This document shows positions 1 to 14,400 of a stretch of DNA of 64,000 bases, one piece after another; positions within the stretch are counted from its first letter, which is position 1, and each line of letters starts with the position of its first letter. Position numbers and translations under genes: made by a program. This stretch comes from Trichoplax adhaerens (lineage: Eukaryota; Animalia; Placozoa), in assembly GCF_000150275.1 (NCBI RefSeq), contig NW_002060948.1, positions 5,130,336 to 5,194,335 on the forward strand, given 5' to 3'. The notes under the pieces are model-generated. The model was not told where the DNA came from, did no database searches, and saw only the letters and a program-made list of their open reading frames with translations.

Positions 1-614
1 TAAGTTAAGTTGCCTTTAAAACTTTTAATTTTAAAACACTGAATTTTCTTTGCTAAAACATTGTTTTACTATATGACTAATATGCGTAGAGGTAAACCCT
101 GCTTGTGTAGTTACTACCAGAACAAATTCAATTTCGATATCTGTCTGAATACCATGTAAGATATTGAATATATTTTCTTTACTTTCACCATGTTTAGGAT
201 GATACACGATTTATTATTGTTGTCCCTTGAAAATCTTTAACATAATGAGTAATGAGATGTACAGTGAATAGTAAGTTACAATATTATAAATTATATAATT
301 ATAGGTAAGCAATAAAATTTTCGAGATTGTTTGGCTTTATAATAAGCCTTGTTACAGTAACAATAGTCATCAAAATATACTGTACATTGACAGTACAATG
401 GTAGTTCCAATTGAGAATAATTTCTCAAAGCTAATCAATTAGTTTACAGTAGTAAATTGAAGCTATAACTACACCGCATGGACGATGATAGATTCAACGT
501 GAGATTTTGTGATACAACCAATCATAAAAGACCTTATGATTACGAATAGATCGGAAATTACATCAACCAAATCTATCCTCGATGTGTATACTATTTGAGA
601 TTATTCTTTATGTG

Positions 615-2436
615 CTATCTAGGACCAGTTTCAGCATCCGAACCCAGAATCCGAGCCCTAAACAAGCAGATTTCAAATTCAGCAATGCACGTAACATAAA
701 AGATAAGTTAGATGTATCACTGCACAGTAATAAAGCTCTTTTATGATCTAAATAAATAACAAATCAAGAAAGTTTTCACTACGTATTACCTAGCGGCAGC
801 ATATTCGGCCTCTCTTTCAGCCAAGGTCTTTTGTTGTGGCTGAACAGGATTAACTGTAGAATGTATCGGACGTTGGCCTCCTTGTTCAGCACCTCGTTTT
901 AGAATGCGAATCTAAGAAAAATAAGTCGTAATTAGAATATTACAAGGTAGTGCTTATGCCAACGGTTCAGTATAACCATCTGTCCAACCATATTTTATGG
1001 TGCAATAAAGGACATATTACATTGTATATTATTATATATAACAGAGAAGAACACTACCTCACATAAAGTAACTCATACCAGTTAATGAAATCAGAAAATC
1101 TGTAAGCTAATATTCAGCACCTAACCTGAGGTTGAAAGGCTGTCGATCTAGAATCTTCTTCAACAATAACAGTATCTGATGGCACATTTGGAATAGTTTT
1201 TGTTCTGATAAATTAATTAATTAAAGATGAAATCAAGACTGCGATAGCCATTATAGCGGTCATTATTCACTTTGCGATATCAACATCGAAGAATACGAGT
1301 AATATTGTCGTATCCTATTCTAGCATTACTCTCTACAGTATTGACTAATAAATATGAATATAACCATGTGATACAGGTTACCCGCTACTGCTGATTTACG
1401 ATGAATTAATGTATTGATATTCTACAACTACGAAGTGAACTGCAGCTTTTATGATATCCAACTTACTTTGTGTCCTTTTCTCGTTGCTTACGTTCAATCT
1501 GGTCTAATTTCTTCTCAAAATTCTTGCCGAAATAAAAAAATTGAGGGATTACAGATTATTCAAATGAGAAACGCATTTGCAAACACGTATAGTAGTGCTA
1601 CAGTAATCAAGGTAAGAACAACATGCTATTTCGATCATTTTTGATAACAGATTTAGTGCAGCATGAAATTAATCGATAATATTGTAATAGACGTCGCTAC
1701 AGAAAATGTGACGCGGACATTTTTGGTACTAATTACATTTATCACGGCCATCCTGCTGCACTGTACTGTAATCAGTCAATTTACAAGAGTATGATCATTC
1801 CTCTACTCGATGATATCCAATGCCTTTAGGACACAGGGTTATGTAGATGATACACAGTCATCATTATGGCGCAATTGAATGAAATGCTTGCCCATGTGCT
1901 GAAACTACCAGATCAGATATACTTGTATTTTAGAGGACATGTCGTGACACTATTTCGGATGAGTTTTGATCACGTATGGTATAATCGATTCAACGCGTAT
2001 TACCAGCTATTATTACATTACTAGCGATTGAGTACGCGTATTTTCGTCTCCAAATTGAGACAAGGGTAGTTTAGTTATCAGTTAGTTTCATGATTATAAT
2101 TTCTTCTCGGTAGTTAGTACTGCATAATCTATTTATAGCCCATGTCTTATGTATGTGGCCACTACTTCAATTAACAAGAATTAATTTCGTCACTATTATC
2201 GATGGTGAGCAATAGCCTTTAGATGTATAATTAATATAAGTGTTTGAATAATCAAGTTCAATGGTGTGATTGGACGAAACTGTCGTATTCATGCGATGCG
2301 AATGTCTTTTTATCAGTACTCAATACATCCAAGACTACAATATTATATGTCTTTTTAACAACCCTTGTTGCTTGATGATTTAACTTACTTGTGATTCTGC
2401 CGCTTCTTCCCAACTATCGAAAGGTTCATCAGCCAT
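615..2436 (-). CDS. SZRD1: SUZ RNA-binding domain protein (SZRD1-like), 5 coding exons, ~107 aa
   Basis: Phase-compatible GT-AG exons 2436-2389, 1498-1467, 1204-1126, 911-790 and 657-615 give MADEPFDSWEEAAESQ...FQPQIRILKR...KTLAEREAEYAAARARILGSDAETGPR*. This matches the SZRD1 motifs SWEEAA, IRILKR and LAxREAEYAxARxRILGS. Confidence 0.88.
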
Positions 2437-5428
2437 CTTGTGCGTCTCGATACGATCGGATGGAATAGAAGCGAAAAGACTAGCAATTCTAACTGCTGCC
2501 CTACACCTTGTCGGCGATTTTGTCACTCTACTCGACGATTGAAAGGAGCTATTAATGAATTAGAAAAGAGAATTTTGACGTTCAATAGAGGATTACTTTG
2601 TTAATGTTTGAGCTTAACATAAACTTAATACAATATTGTAGTCTAATTCTCTACCACTCAATCACTTGAAGTTGTCAAGGTTATTATCGCAAGAGTCGAT
2701 CGTTATCCTCTATCACCACGAGACCAGCTGGATGTCGTCGGTTATTAACTACAATCCAACTATACCGGTAAGTATAGAGTTGTACAACTCTGTTTCGGTC
2801 TTGATTGCGGTAGAATAATTAATACAGTATACAGTATGCTGTACAAGTAGAATTTCCCTTACAGAACAACAGTCTAGACGATTATTTTATGTCTTCTTGA
2901 CCACAACAACTCTTCACCATCGCCGCTGTTGGCGCTAGCTTTCACATGGTCAAGAACGAGCATTTCAGCTAAGAAGGCTGTCCAAGGTTTCGTTCGGTAC
3001 CATAGCCAGTAGTAATAGGCTTTGATAGTATCGCTGTCACGAGAGCGAGTGATGGTTATGATCCAGACTACAGACAGAGAGAGGGACACACCACGAATGT
3101 TACCCGTTACAGTAAAACGAGTACAGTATTTTGTACTGTAATTTACAGTATACTATAGCTGTACACTGTACGCTTCACAGTACTGTACAGTACAGTACAT
3201 TATACAGTACGCTAATATACTGTACAGTACAGTACAGCAGAAGTATGCACTGTAATGATTTTACCCCCTACCCCCTTAGCTCCAGGACTGGAAGCCTCGC
3301 TTTCGCCACCATTTTTCTAGCACTAGCAAAAAGAATCAGGCACTATCTATTCCATTCTGTATTTCCAATGATGGCGACTATATACTGCATAATGAACTGC
3401 TAATGAAGATACTGTACTGTAGATGATGTAAAGTTATATTACAAGTACATGCAGACTACATACAATATGCAAAGTCGAACGAGCGCGTGCCTTGTATCAT
3501 GATGCATAGTTCGCTCGGCTTGCAGCTTCGATAGCCAGTAATGCAATGGCAATAATGTAATGTTTAATTTGATCATAAAATACATGAATATCTACATACA
3601 ACAATAGAATAAAGACATAGAGCATCTTCACTGCACAATCTTATAGCACGATTATTCAATAGGTAATTTACTATATTATCGTCATTCTTGCTATTTGAAT
3701 TTACTACATATCCAGGACAGGCTAAAAAATCATCCATCAGAATTATCAAGATGTCAGCCTATTCCCTACAGTATGTACTTTTTCACATCGTCCAACAACG
3801 ACATTCAATGACGAGAGATAGAGCATCTTAGCTATACAATCTTATAGCATGATCATTCCATAGGTAATTTACGGTATTAAAACGTTATCCATTAAACCAA
3901 TATGATACAAAAATCTGAAGGATCAAAACAATATTAAATAAGGCTTCCACAATATTGTTAATATCTTTTATACTACCGTAGAAATTATTACACTCTGACG
4001 CCAATAAAAAAACCCTTCTACACTATTACTTACACAAGTCCATGATTATCATGTACCGGTATCGCTAAATTGTAGCTTACTAATATCTGATCAAACTGAG
4101 AATGAGAATTGATATCATTGAATATTACTTTAAATATTTATATCAAACAAAGAATCAACATATGTATTTAATATTTTGAATTCAAGAATATTCTATATAC
4201 ACATAGTAGCGCTCGATTATTTGAAATATATAATCAATTTCATACTTAGTGCAGTGCAGTCATGTATAATTCCAGTCAGCAAAATAACATGGCTAATCTT
4301 TTCTAGATCTAGGCTGCGACAGCCCAGTATTGAACCTTGCTCGATAAATTTCACCCTCTGGCACGCAATTAGGAACCGACGACGTTCGGTCAACTAGAAG
4401 TTTCAAATTGGATGTTAACAATGGTTGTTGATTGCCTGTATGCCCTACGCAATTTGTCCTCTTCGAGGTGCTACGCATTTAGCCATAGCATATAGCCAGC
4501 AATGGATAAGAAAAAGCAGCGAAGCAGCCAGTAGCAAATTTGAAAGCAAATCATTAGAATCACAAGCATAAACATTAGTGGCTAGTGCGGTGCGGATAGT
4601 ATCCTGATAATCACGGATTGGATTGATCCATTCCTTAGATTGACTTAAATTGGAGTCATAAAATACGGTATATCTACGCAACCCTTGCTGTAAATTTTGA
4701 CTTTAAATACAGTAAGATTTAATTATTGTAGATAGTTAAAAGTGTTCGATTCCACCGGGCGTGGACTAGTATAATATGACTGCAACAATATCTAGTATGA
4801 TAGTATCATTTAAAACACTCTACTATAAAATTTATTTTCATTAGCTATATATTTCGTTTGATGGAAGTTAAATCAACTACATAATTTGCAGAAAATGAAA
4901 TTCTTCATTTTGAAGCATGAACCTATTTGACGACTAACTGGAAGGAAATGAAAGATTCTGTAGGAAAACGAAGATATGCTACGGAACATCTTTTAAAATA
5001 GTATAATTAAAATAGTGCACAAATCGTCATATTATTTTACACTATGTTGACTTTAAATATCTAATATATAAGAAAAGACATACTGTACAGTATTTGCTAG
5101 TTGTTCTAAATGTCGAAGCCATTTAATTCAATTTATCGCATCATATTCTTTACTACAAGGTATTTTTAAAGCTGGATTGCGCTAATTTCACAAGGTTAAA
5201 ATTGGCATAAGTGTATATTCAAGTGGATGCACTGTAGTACATTTTTAGAAGTGCTATTCTATACTGCCATATGTAGGAATATAATCTTCTGAACAAATTG
5301 AAATAGTAGACTACTGATACTTAAATTTCTACATATTATTGGTGCATCGTATAAATTATTAATAGCTTTAAAGCCAACATTTCAATCAGCAAAGGTAACA
5401 AATAAATAACTAAAAACTATTTGCCCAA

Positions 5429-8400
5429 CTAATTTGACTTACTTAGCCTTGATTCATCCATACTAATATGTCCATTAGGCATTGGTGTACCTTCCGACAT
5501 AGTGCGTCGTTTTACAGTCATATCATCAGCATTATCCAAATCATCCGGATCTGTTAGCATGTTTTCAGCTAAAAATCTCTCCCTCTTAATCTTAATATCT
5601 AAACTCTTAGGTACATCTGGCACCATAATTGCAATGAAAACTGATATTCCAAAAACAAGGTGCTAAAAGGTAAAGAATTAATTAATAACATGGCTACATT
5701 TAAAGCACTTTTAAAACATTAATATTGAATGCTAAGAAAGTAAGAGGCAAAATTGGCAACATTAGCAATTTGTTGCTCTTTTTAATGCATGCTCGATACT
5801 CAAATTCTAGTTGTATAATCTTATAGCCTCAATATGAAGAGAATCTCCAATACTGATACTTTATCCATAAATCCATGTTGATTTTAATATCATGTCACTA
5901 CCTCAAAAACAATCACAAATGCTAGCCTCATTGCTGTTAATTCCCAATAAAACAATGTTCTCTGGCCATCCTCGTTACGATAACCTTTATACCGGCAAGG
6001 TTCAGACGTCGTGTTAGGCGGTGCATGAGCTAGTGTAAAATTGATATAGCCTTCCAGACTTTCATTAATGGTGAATTTATATAACATCCTTGGAATAAAC
6101 TCAGATGTGAAAGCGATGACAAAAGCCTAATGGATCAAAAATTTGACATATCAATCCTTAATTATAACAACAATCACACCTTATTCATTTCTGGCTAAAG
6201 AATCATAAAATGTAATAATTAATGGACACTTGCTGACGAAAATTTCATAACTTTTACAATAGCTTACATTACAAATGACAGCGATTTTAGTTACTGCTTC
6301 TAAAATTGAATACCAAACACCTATTGAAAGCGGAATCATAAACTTATTAAGTCTTTCATTGCCAATTACAGCAAGCAAAATCAACTTTACTTAATAGAAT
6401 GGACATCGTACCTATGTCCTGAGCTTTTTCAGCTACTGGTCGTTTACTCTGTGTGATATATTTGTTAGCATCCAATCGAATTTCCACCCAGTTATTAAGA
6501 AGAGCAAAGAAAGGAGCCAAAGGGAATGATGCCACAAAAACAGTTACAAAACCAAATTGCAATACTATAGCAACAGTTGCCAATGCGATCGAGGAATATA
6601 AAATAACAAAATGACGAAATATTATCCTAGGTTAGCTCTACTTCCGTTACTTTCGCCTTAATAATCGTTACGATTACGGAATGCAAATAGCAAAATACAA
6701 ACATTACGTCACCGATATTTCAACGCTGTCAATTAATCAATCAATGGTATAAAATACTCAGATGAGAGTAAAAACTGACGACTTACTGCCTTTTTATTAT
6801 AACAGGAATACATAAAGTAAAATTTTATAAACATTTGTATCTTTTTATTTTTAATCTAAATGGCAGCAGGGCAAAATAGCTGACCCATCTCAAGGTATTC
6901 TTCAAATAGTGGCTCATCTTTTAACAGTTCAAAGTCTGCAAGCCAACGTGTTTGAGCTGTACTCTCTTCAACTTCTTCCTTTTCTGCATTATTATCTTCA
7001 TTTCCATCTACATCGTCCGGCGGATATTCTCTCTCTTTCTCACGTTTAAGTTTTTCTTTTTTCTCCTTAGCTAATTGTCTCCTTATCTTGCGTTGGATAA
7101 GGTAATTTTTGAACATCCTACAGTTAAAAGCAAATCAGTTAATCTTTTTGATTTATTAAAGAAACATAAGTAATTGTTGGAATTCTAATAGTTATACAGC
7201 ACTCTACTGAAAGAATTGAATAATCCATCTTTTTCTCGTAATATATAACTACTGTATTAGCAGCTCAATTCTAACGCTATACTGACGGTATAAACAGCTC
7301 CTTAGCGTTGCCAATGATTTGCTTTCCAACAGTTACAATAGCTAATTGAGTAGCTAATTCGACAAGACATCCAGTCGGTCCACACTATGTCATAAAAATT
7401 TATTAAAATAAATCCGCTGATGATATAGCGATGACTACATTGGACTAGAGAAATATGATTTGCATTGCAAACTATCTGCTATAGGAAATGATTGTTTACA
7501 TCAACAGGGCGCAATCCAAGAAAATGATCATAATGGCCTGGGTATCCTATAAATCTGCAATAAAAGACATTAAATAGTTCGATTACGTAACTAGCTACTG
7601 GAAAAGCCCAGGGTAAAGATTGACATTTTTGTCATTCTAGTCCTACAGAAGTGGAGCGATATCAATGTAAGCAAAATAGAAAATTAGATTGCGAACGCAT
7701 TCAGCGACAATATACCTTCCTTTAAAGAACGCTATATAAAAGATATAGGCGTAGAAGTTGACAAACTGAAAGCAAAATACTTTAAATGTTAAATGATCTT
7801 CAAATTCAGTCTGAGTTCGATGCATTTCTAAAAGAGGAGCATACAATTTTTCCATTAACAGCATTTAATTACATCGATTGAAATGAACGTAAATCTGGAA
7901 CGGATATAATAATTGTAACATCTTATGGATCCGATTATTAAAACGAATACTATTACAAGTAAAATACTAGCTATTGAATTACCCCATTCTGTTAAGGTAT
8001 GTGCCAACTTTGAATAGGTCTATACATATCAGAAAGATAATATTGAACTTTTGTCGTAAGAATAATTAAAAATTTAGATAGAATATTTTTATCACTGTTA
8101 TAGTATTATGACGGCTGATAAAGAATGCTAGATTAAGATAGTTAAGATTAGACATAAAGTTCTTATCACTGCTATAGTATTACAGTATAATGGCTAATAA
8201 AGAATACTAGACAAAGATAATTAAGATTATATAACATCCTGATCACTGTTAAAGTATAAAGATAACTGATAAAGAAAATTAAATAAAGATAATTAAGATT
8301 AGATATAAATTCCTTATCTGAGACAAAGGGTAACATAATGTTTCGAAGAGATAAATTAAACGATTAACTTAAATAATAATTTCGGGAAAAAATTGATTTC

Positions 8401-11400
8401 AATCATCGTATTGCATTGATGTAATAGGTTACTATATAGTCTGTCCACTAACCCTACTCAACAGCATAATTAAAACCAAATTCAATATGCCACCGGTGAA
8501 TCCAGAAATGGATGAGGCAGAAGAACGTAGACTCTTAGATCCATACATTACAATCGTTATAACCGTTCGATAAACGATAACACCAATCAGAAAAATGACA
8601 ACTAGGCTTGCCTAAAATAGAATTTTTATCATTACAAAATCAATTAGCGATTGATCGAAGAAAAGTAAAGCTCAGCCTATTCTCTGTAAACCTGAGAAAA
8701 GGTTCGTATAATCTTACCATAATGAGAATTACAGAGAGACCTGTCAGGTAACGTGGAAGTCGCGTCGCCGGTGACATATATGGTTCCCACTGCCCTGTAA
8801 TGGGATTTTGTCGTTTACTAGGAGCTAAAGCAGAGAATCTAGGTCTTGGTCGTTCCTATAGAGGATGATGATGCACAGAAATATATCATATCAAAATTCT
8901 TCCCTTTCATGAACTAGACCTATGTTTCGAGTCGGAATACCATAATTCCATATCGTATGTTAATCACATACCTCTTCTGCTTCAAAATCCATTGTATCCC
9001 AGCGAAATGCCAATGTAGCTTCTTTCCTTTTCCAATATTCAAGAAAAGAAACCGCTATATGTATAACATATATACAAATAAAATAGTTAGCAATCATTTA
9101 AGTGAAATGATATAAATAAAATTGGAGCAAATTAGTACAGTACTTAAACTGCGTGCATTAGTATAATAAATATCACAACTTATCAAAAAATAACGTAGAA
9201 TCAAAGAAAGGACGTTAAAGTATTGCTCAAATTTAAAAAGGGCACACAGTGTTAACAATAACTATAGTAGAATAGTGATCATTAAGGATTGCTCATTTTA
9301 AAGAGCTCCATTTATTCTTTTACAGTAATATGAATCTGGCGAATCTATTTGATCGTATTTAGTGTTTAAAGACTATCAAAACCTATCCTTATCCTTTAAT
9401 TTAAATACAAATTGGATTAATAATACTAAATAATGATAATCTCAATAAGATGAAGATTATAATATGGTTGATCAATATGCGATAGCATCTCAAATCAATT
9501 ATAAATTCCCCATGACCCTGTACGTTTATGGTAACAATAATGTGAATTATATCCGAAGAACTTAATAGATAAGGGAATAACTATAAGATAATTCAACTAT
9601 AATTCAACTATGATCCAAAATCAAAAATTCAAGTGTAAGCACTCTGATTTGGATTACAAACGCTTTAAACTGATATCTGCTAACTTCTATAGTCATCAAT
9701 AATTCATTCAGTAAGGAATTTGTAAAAATATTATTAAAGTAATACATCAACATATTCCATAAAATAACACTAAAAAGAGGCTTACCCCAGAAGCACATAA
9801 AAATTGAAAAAAACACCGTCCCAGGGTTATCAAATGCATACGAAACCTAGCAGTGAAAAGAGTGTTCAAGAAAATCAGTAAAACTTTTCTTATTATTATG
9901 TCATGTAAATCAAAATTTAAGCAATGACGTAGCTGAAAGGTAGAATATCGAGAGGATAGCTTACTGTAGCTGAAAAGCAATCATCAGATAAATAGTAGTA
10001 TTCGCATCCAATGCTTGGTGAACAAATGGGACACATTTTAATAGTCTTACCACCTTCGCAAACTTGGGCACTAAGCCATGGTGGTAATAACAAGAAATTA
10101 ATCAACAAAGATGTGTAAATTTCTAGTTATATGATATTCTTTAATTAATCAATAATAAAGTTTGTAAATATAAGATAAAATGTCCTCTGTAAGTTATCGC
10201 ATCTTAATGTAACAATGGGGTCAATTGTTTAATTAAATCCTAGACGTTTATTTTGTAGTATCCAAGATAGAGAATAACACCACAGTTCATTAATTTTAAT
10301 CATGATTTAACCTCATTTAGAGGTAGATATTGACTGACTGTCAATTGTTTTGCGATACGCAATATTATGTGCATACTATCACTTGAGAAGGATCAATTGC
10401 AATCGATTCGTAGATAAAGTAAATTTTAGTACTTCGTGGTTAGAAATTATAGAACATTTTCTATTCCTGTGAGGCTAAGCAGAGTATTTTAAACTGATTA
10501 ACTTACGCGACAGGGTTAGAACCCATGCTTAATATACCAATCATGAAAATTATAAAACCAACTATAGCAGCAGGTAATAGCCAAGAAGTATAAAAACCTT
10601 AGCAAAAGCACAGGACAGATATTAAAATGATTGAGGTTCATCATGACGGAAAGTTATAATATACATCGATACATAGTTTATCTAACGTAAGGGCGCAAGA
10701 ACGATAGCGATTGAATAAAAATCTTGTACTTTTTAAATTACCTAGCCAAGAAAAATAAATGCCAATTTTCTCGCCGAAATATAAACTATAAAGAAATAAA
10801 GGTGAGGAAGTTATAGCGGTTGAATTGCAGATATACACTGCATAAATAATGCATTAATAGTCAGCTTAACTGATACAATTAATTACTGATTTAATCTAGA
10901 TAAATTCTCACCGAATAACTTCGATTGGTTGATACTTATACCATGCTGTCCATCTGGCCCAATGTAGGTATAACATCTAAATAAAATACGTAAACGTATT
11001 AGCCAGTGATAAAGACTACAAGGAGTCAAAATGTCGAAATTAATAATGGAGATGTCCAAGGTAGATTTCTTAATCCTATAAATGCCATACCTGGCGAGTA
11101 TTCATATAATCATCTGGAGGTACTGGATCACCATTACCTACTTCATCCATTAGTGTATTAGAATAAGGTCCCTATAATTTGATGTACAAGGTACTTTTAT
11201 ATTATGCAAACTATATAAATTTGTAAGTCAATAATTTTAAGGCAAGCTGATTAAATATAATTTAAGGAGAATGTTAAATAACTACAAATACGACATACAT
11301 CATGCAGAGGATAAGCTTCATGAAATGCCTTTTCTTCTATTAATCGATCAATGCCTACCAAAGCAGTGTTCAAAATTAGCCATGGATATTGGTAGTAATA

Positions 11401-14400
11401 ATATTTGGTTAAGTAACAGATAAATAAATGTGTTTCAAGATAAAATGATACTCCAATACACGGAATTTAATTCTAAGCTGCAAAGCACTGCTCATCACGC
11501 AAACATCAGTATCAATTGTTCAAGTAACTTCTGTTAAGAATTCTTAGATAAGTAATTTTACTGAACTATTGCATGGTCTTGATTTAGTTGAGCTAAAATA
11601 TTTATTTATAAAAGTCAATTTCAACAACAGAAATTTATTGATGAAATCAGTAAGCAGGAATTATACGTTATTTTACATATCCACGTATGTAGTCTTAAAT
11701 TCTGGACTGCAAAGCACTACTCTATAATGCAAACATCAGTATGAATTATTGGAATAGTTTCTGCAAAGAACTCGTAAAAATGTAATTTTTTTGAACTATT
11801 ATATAGTCTTGAATTAGTTGAACTAGATGGCTATATATAAAGATTAATATAAATATCAGAGATTTGTTGATGGGATCAGTGAACAAAAGGTATGCGTTAT
11901 TTACATGCCCAAATATAACAGTCTTACCTACTTCCCCAGCTCTCCTATCGCCGTACAAAGTATTGGATAAAATATAGTTAGCCTAAGGGCAGATGAATGT
12001 TTTATATTTTTAATGAAGACATTGACCACAAATGAGATATTGGATTAAAGCTATGAAGATGTGATCCATGGATATAACTACTTCTTTATGAGTTAGTTAA
12101 TTCTATACTCGTATATTAACATAGTTATTATCTATACAGTTCAGCTAAAAAATTGATCTGCTCTAGCTTTGTATAGCGGTTAAAGGCCATTAAATTATCA
12201 GCCTTAGCTAATGCAGGCATGAAAAATGATTAATAAATGTCATTCAGCTGTTATAACATTTCTGCTTTACTTATAATAATATGATTACCTATTATATTTT
12301 TTAGTCAACGTTGGTATAAATAATTACTGATAACGATTGATCGACTAATAATACAGCATTTCTACTGTACATTACTTCCTAGAGTTATAGGATTACTGCT
12401 CATAACTGAAAATAACATTTTCTAATGTAAACTAAATCCACTCATTAGTATCGATAGCTTAATACATTGCAGAATGTCTTTACTCTTTCGTTAACCACGC
12501 GATATTCAAATTTTAAAGAAAAGTAGGTTCGATTACTAGCCTTTATTAGTCTAACTAAAAGCATATAAAGACGCCAAGTGCTAAGTAATTTTGACTATCA
12601 AGACTCATGCTAAAATGTTATATTCTGTTTGAACTTCGGGTACTTTATTAATAATATAATTGCTATAGATCATTGCCTACCAAGCGACTTCGTTCTGCTG
12701 AGCTGAAAAACGACTCTAAATCTTCAGAGCCAACATATCTATGAAGAAAATTGAGCAGAAATTTATTTCGATGAACTATAACTAGAGTTATAGCGCATAT
12801 AAAATTCGATATTATTTAAGTTTTTGTTCAATTTAGCATAGGATAAATCACTTGTCAATTGAATGATGTATTTACTTGTCTAATTTTGTCCTATCGTATG
12901 GGGCTGTAATAAATCGGTTAGGCTTCCATTGAATTTTTGATAACATAATATTGGGTATCCGAAATTTATGTAACCAGTAAGCCGACCAGCAATCATTTGA
13001 TGATTCATCGATCTATTCATTGATAAAAGCAATTTTATGATCAAAATATCAAATCATCCCTTTCCTAAGAAGAATTAGCAGTTAATATTGTCGAGAAAAT
13101 CTCCAATATGGCTTCAAATCTATATATGCAATCATCAAACATACCAATAATCTAGCTCTTGACAGTAAATCTTCTGCATATTGTGAAACTACAGCCCATG
13201 GTAGATGAACTTTAACGAAATGATATTTAACTGTTTCTGTCTCGTTGACCGACTAATGAGGAAAGAATCAACCACATCGAGAAAACCAAGTAAATTTATA
13301 GAACTAGCCAATGCCATTATTATTCAGTATTTCATTAATTGAGTAAAATTATACTATTATGTAGCCTTTTCTTAATTCCCTGTATCCGTGTTAATATTTA
13401 TAATTATACACTACCTTTTCTAATTCAATACCAATATTTTGTATTGCCTTCTCGAAATCTTTCCGTCGACGGGCATTCCTTTTATCAATTGCTGCTCCAA
13501 CTTTTTCCTCATACATCAAGATATAATCTAGGTAGTATCCAATTACAAAATTACATTCAGTTTGTACAAGCTAATTACTTGCGCTGCTAGTAAATATTGC
13601 ACAGTCTTTGACTAAAATTTGATATAACTATTTAAGAGATGAACAAATTGAGCACTCGATGAATACATTGTGTTGTAACCATGCAATTTAACAAGTGTCT
13701 AAATGGTATTCTTATTAAAAGACAACTCAAGTGAGTTTAATCCTATCTCTTCTACAATACTTAAGGCTCATAAGCGATTATCTTACGCCTATGTAAAACT
13801 AAAGATTTACAAATATGAGCAGAAGTCCATTAAATTATGTAGATCGGATCTACGCCATGTCGTAGAATTAATAGCCTTGTAAATTGAATAGAGTATATTT
13901 AATACTACAGTATATTCTCGATAGCAAGCAGTCAAACCAAGATTTTTACATTTTAAAGTAGATTAAATATTTTAATATGCATAAATTCAGTGAATTATAG
14001 CAAATTTACGTCGCAAAATTGACTCAATACGCGTATTTGCTACTAGGTAGTGTACTAAATCTCATATTCTCAATCCTGGAAAGTCGAATCGATTCGCCAC
14101 AGTTTATAGAGTACGATTAATCATTTTGTGATACTAAGTTGTGCGGACTACCCTTAAAATGTATTAGAAGACTAAACTTATAAATAAAATTATTTCAGTC
14201 TAATAATTTTAATTCTTAGCAATTAAATCTAGCCGGCTCAGATTCTATCGATACGAGCTACATTACCTATTTTCCGAACACCATCATCGAAATATAACGT
14301 AGGATGCTGATAATTATATTCGTTATATCGGTATGCAGATATTTCCAAATTTTGCCTCTAGCATTAATAACATAAAATGAAGGTATCCTCGTAAGCTACA

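Noticed and set aside
4293-4681. Short hydrophobic ORFs downstream of anoctamin A
   Set aside because: No recognisable homology or convincing splice structure; this could be UTR.
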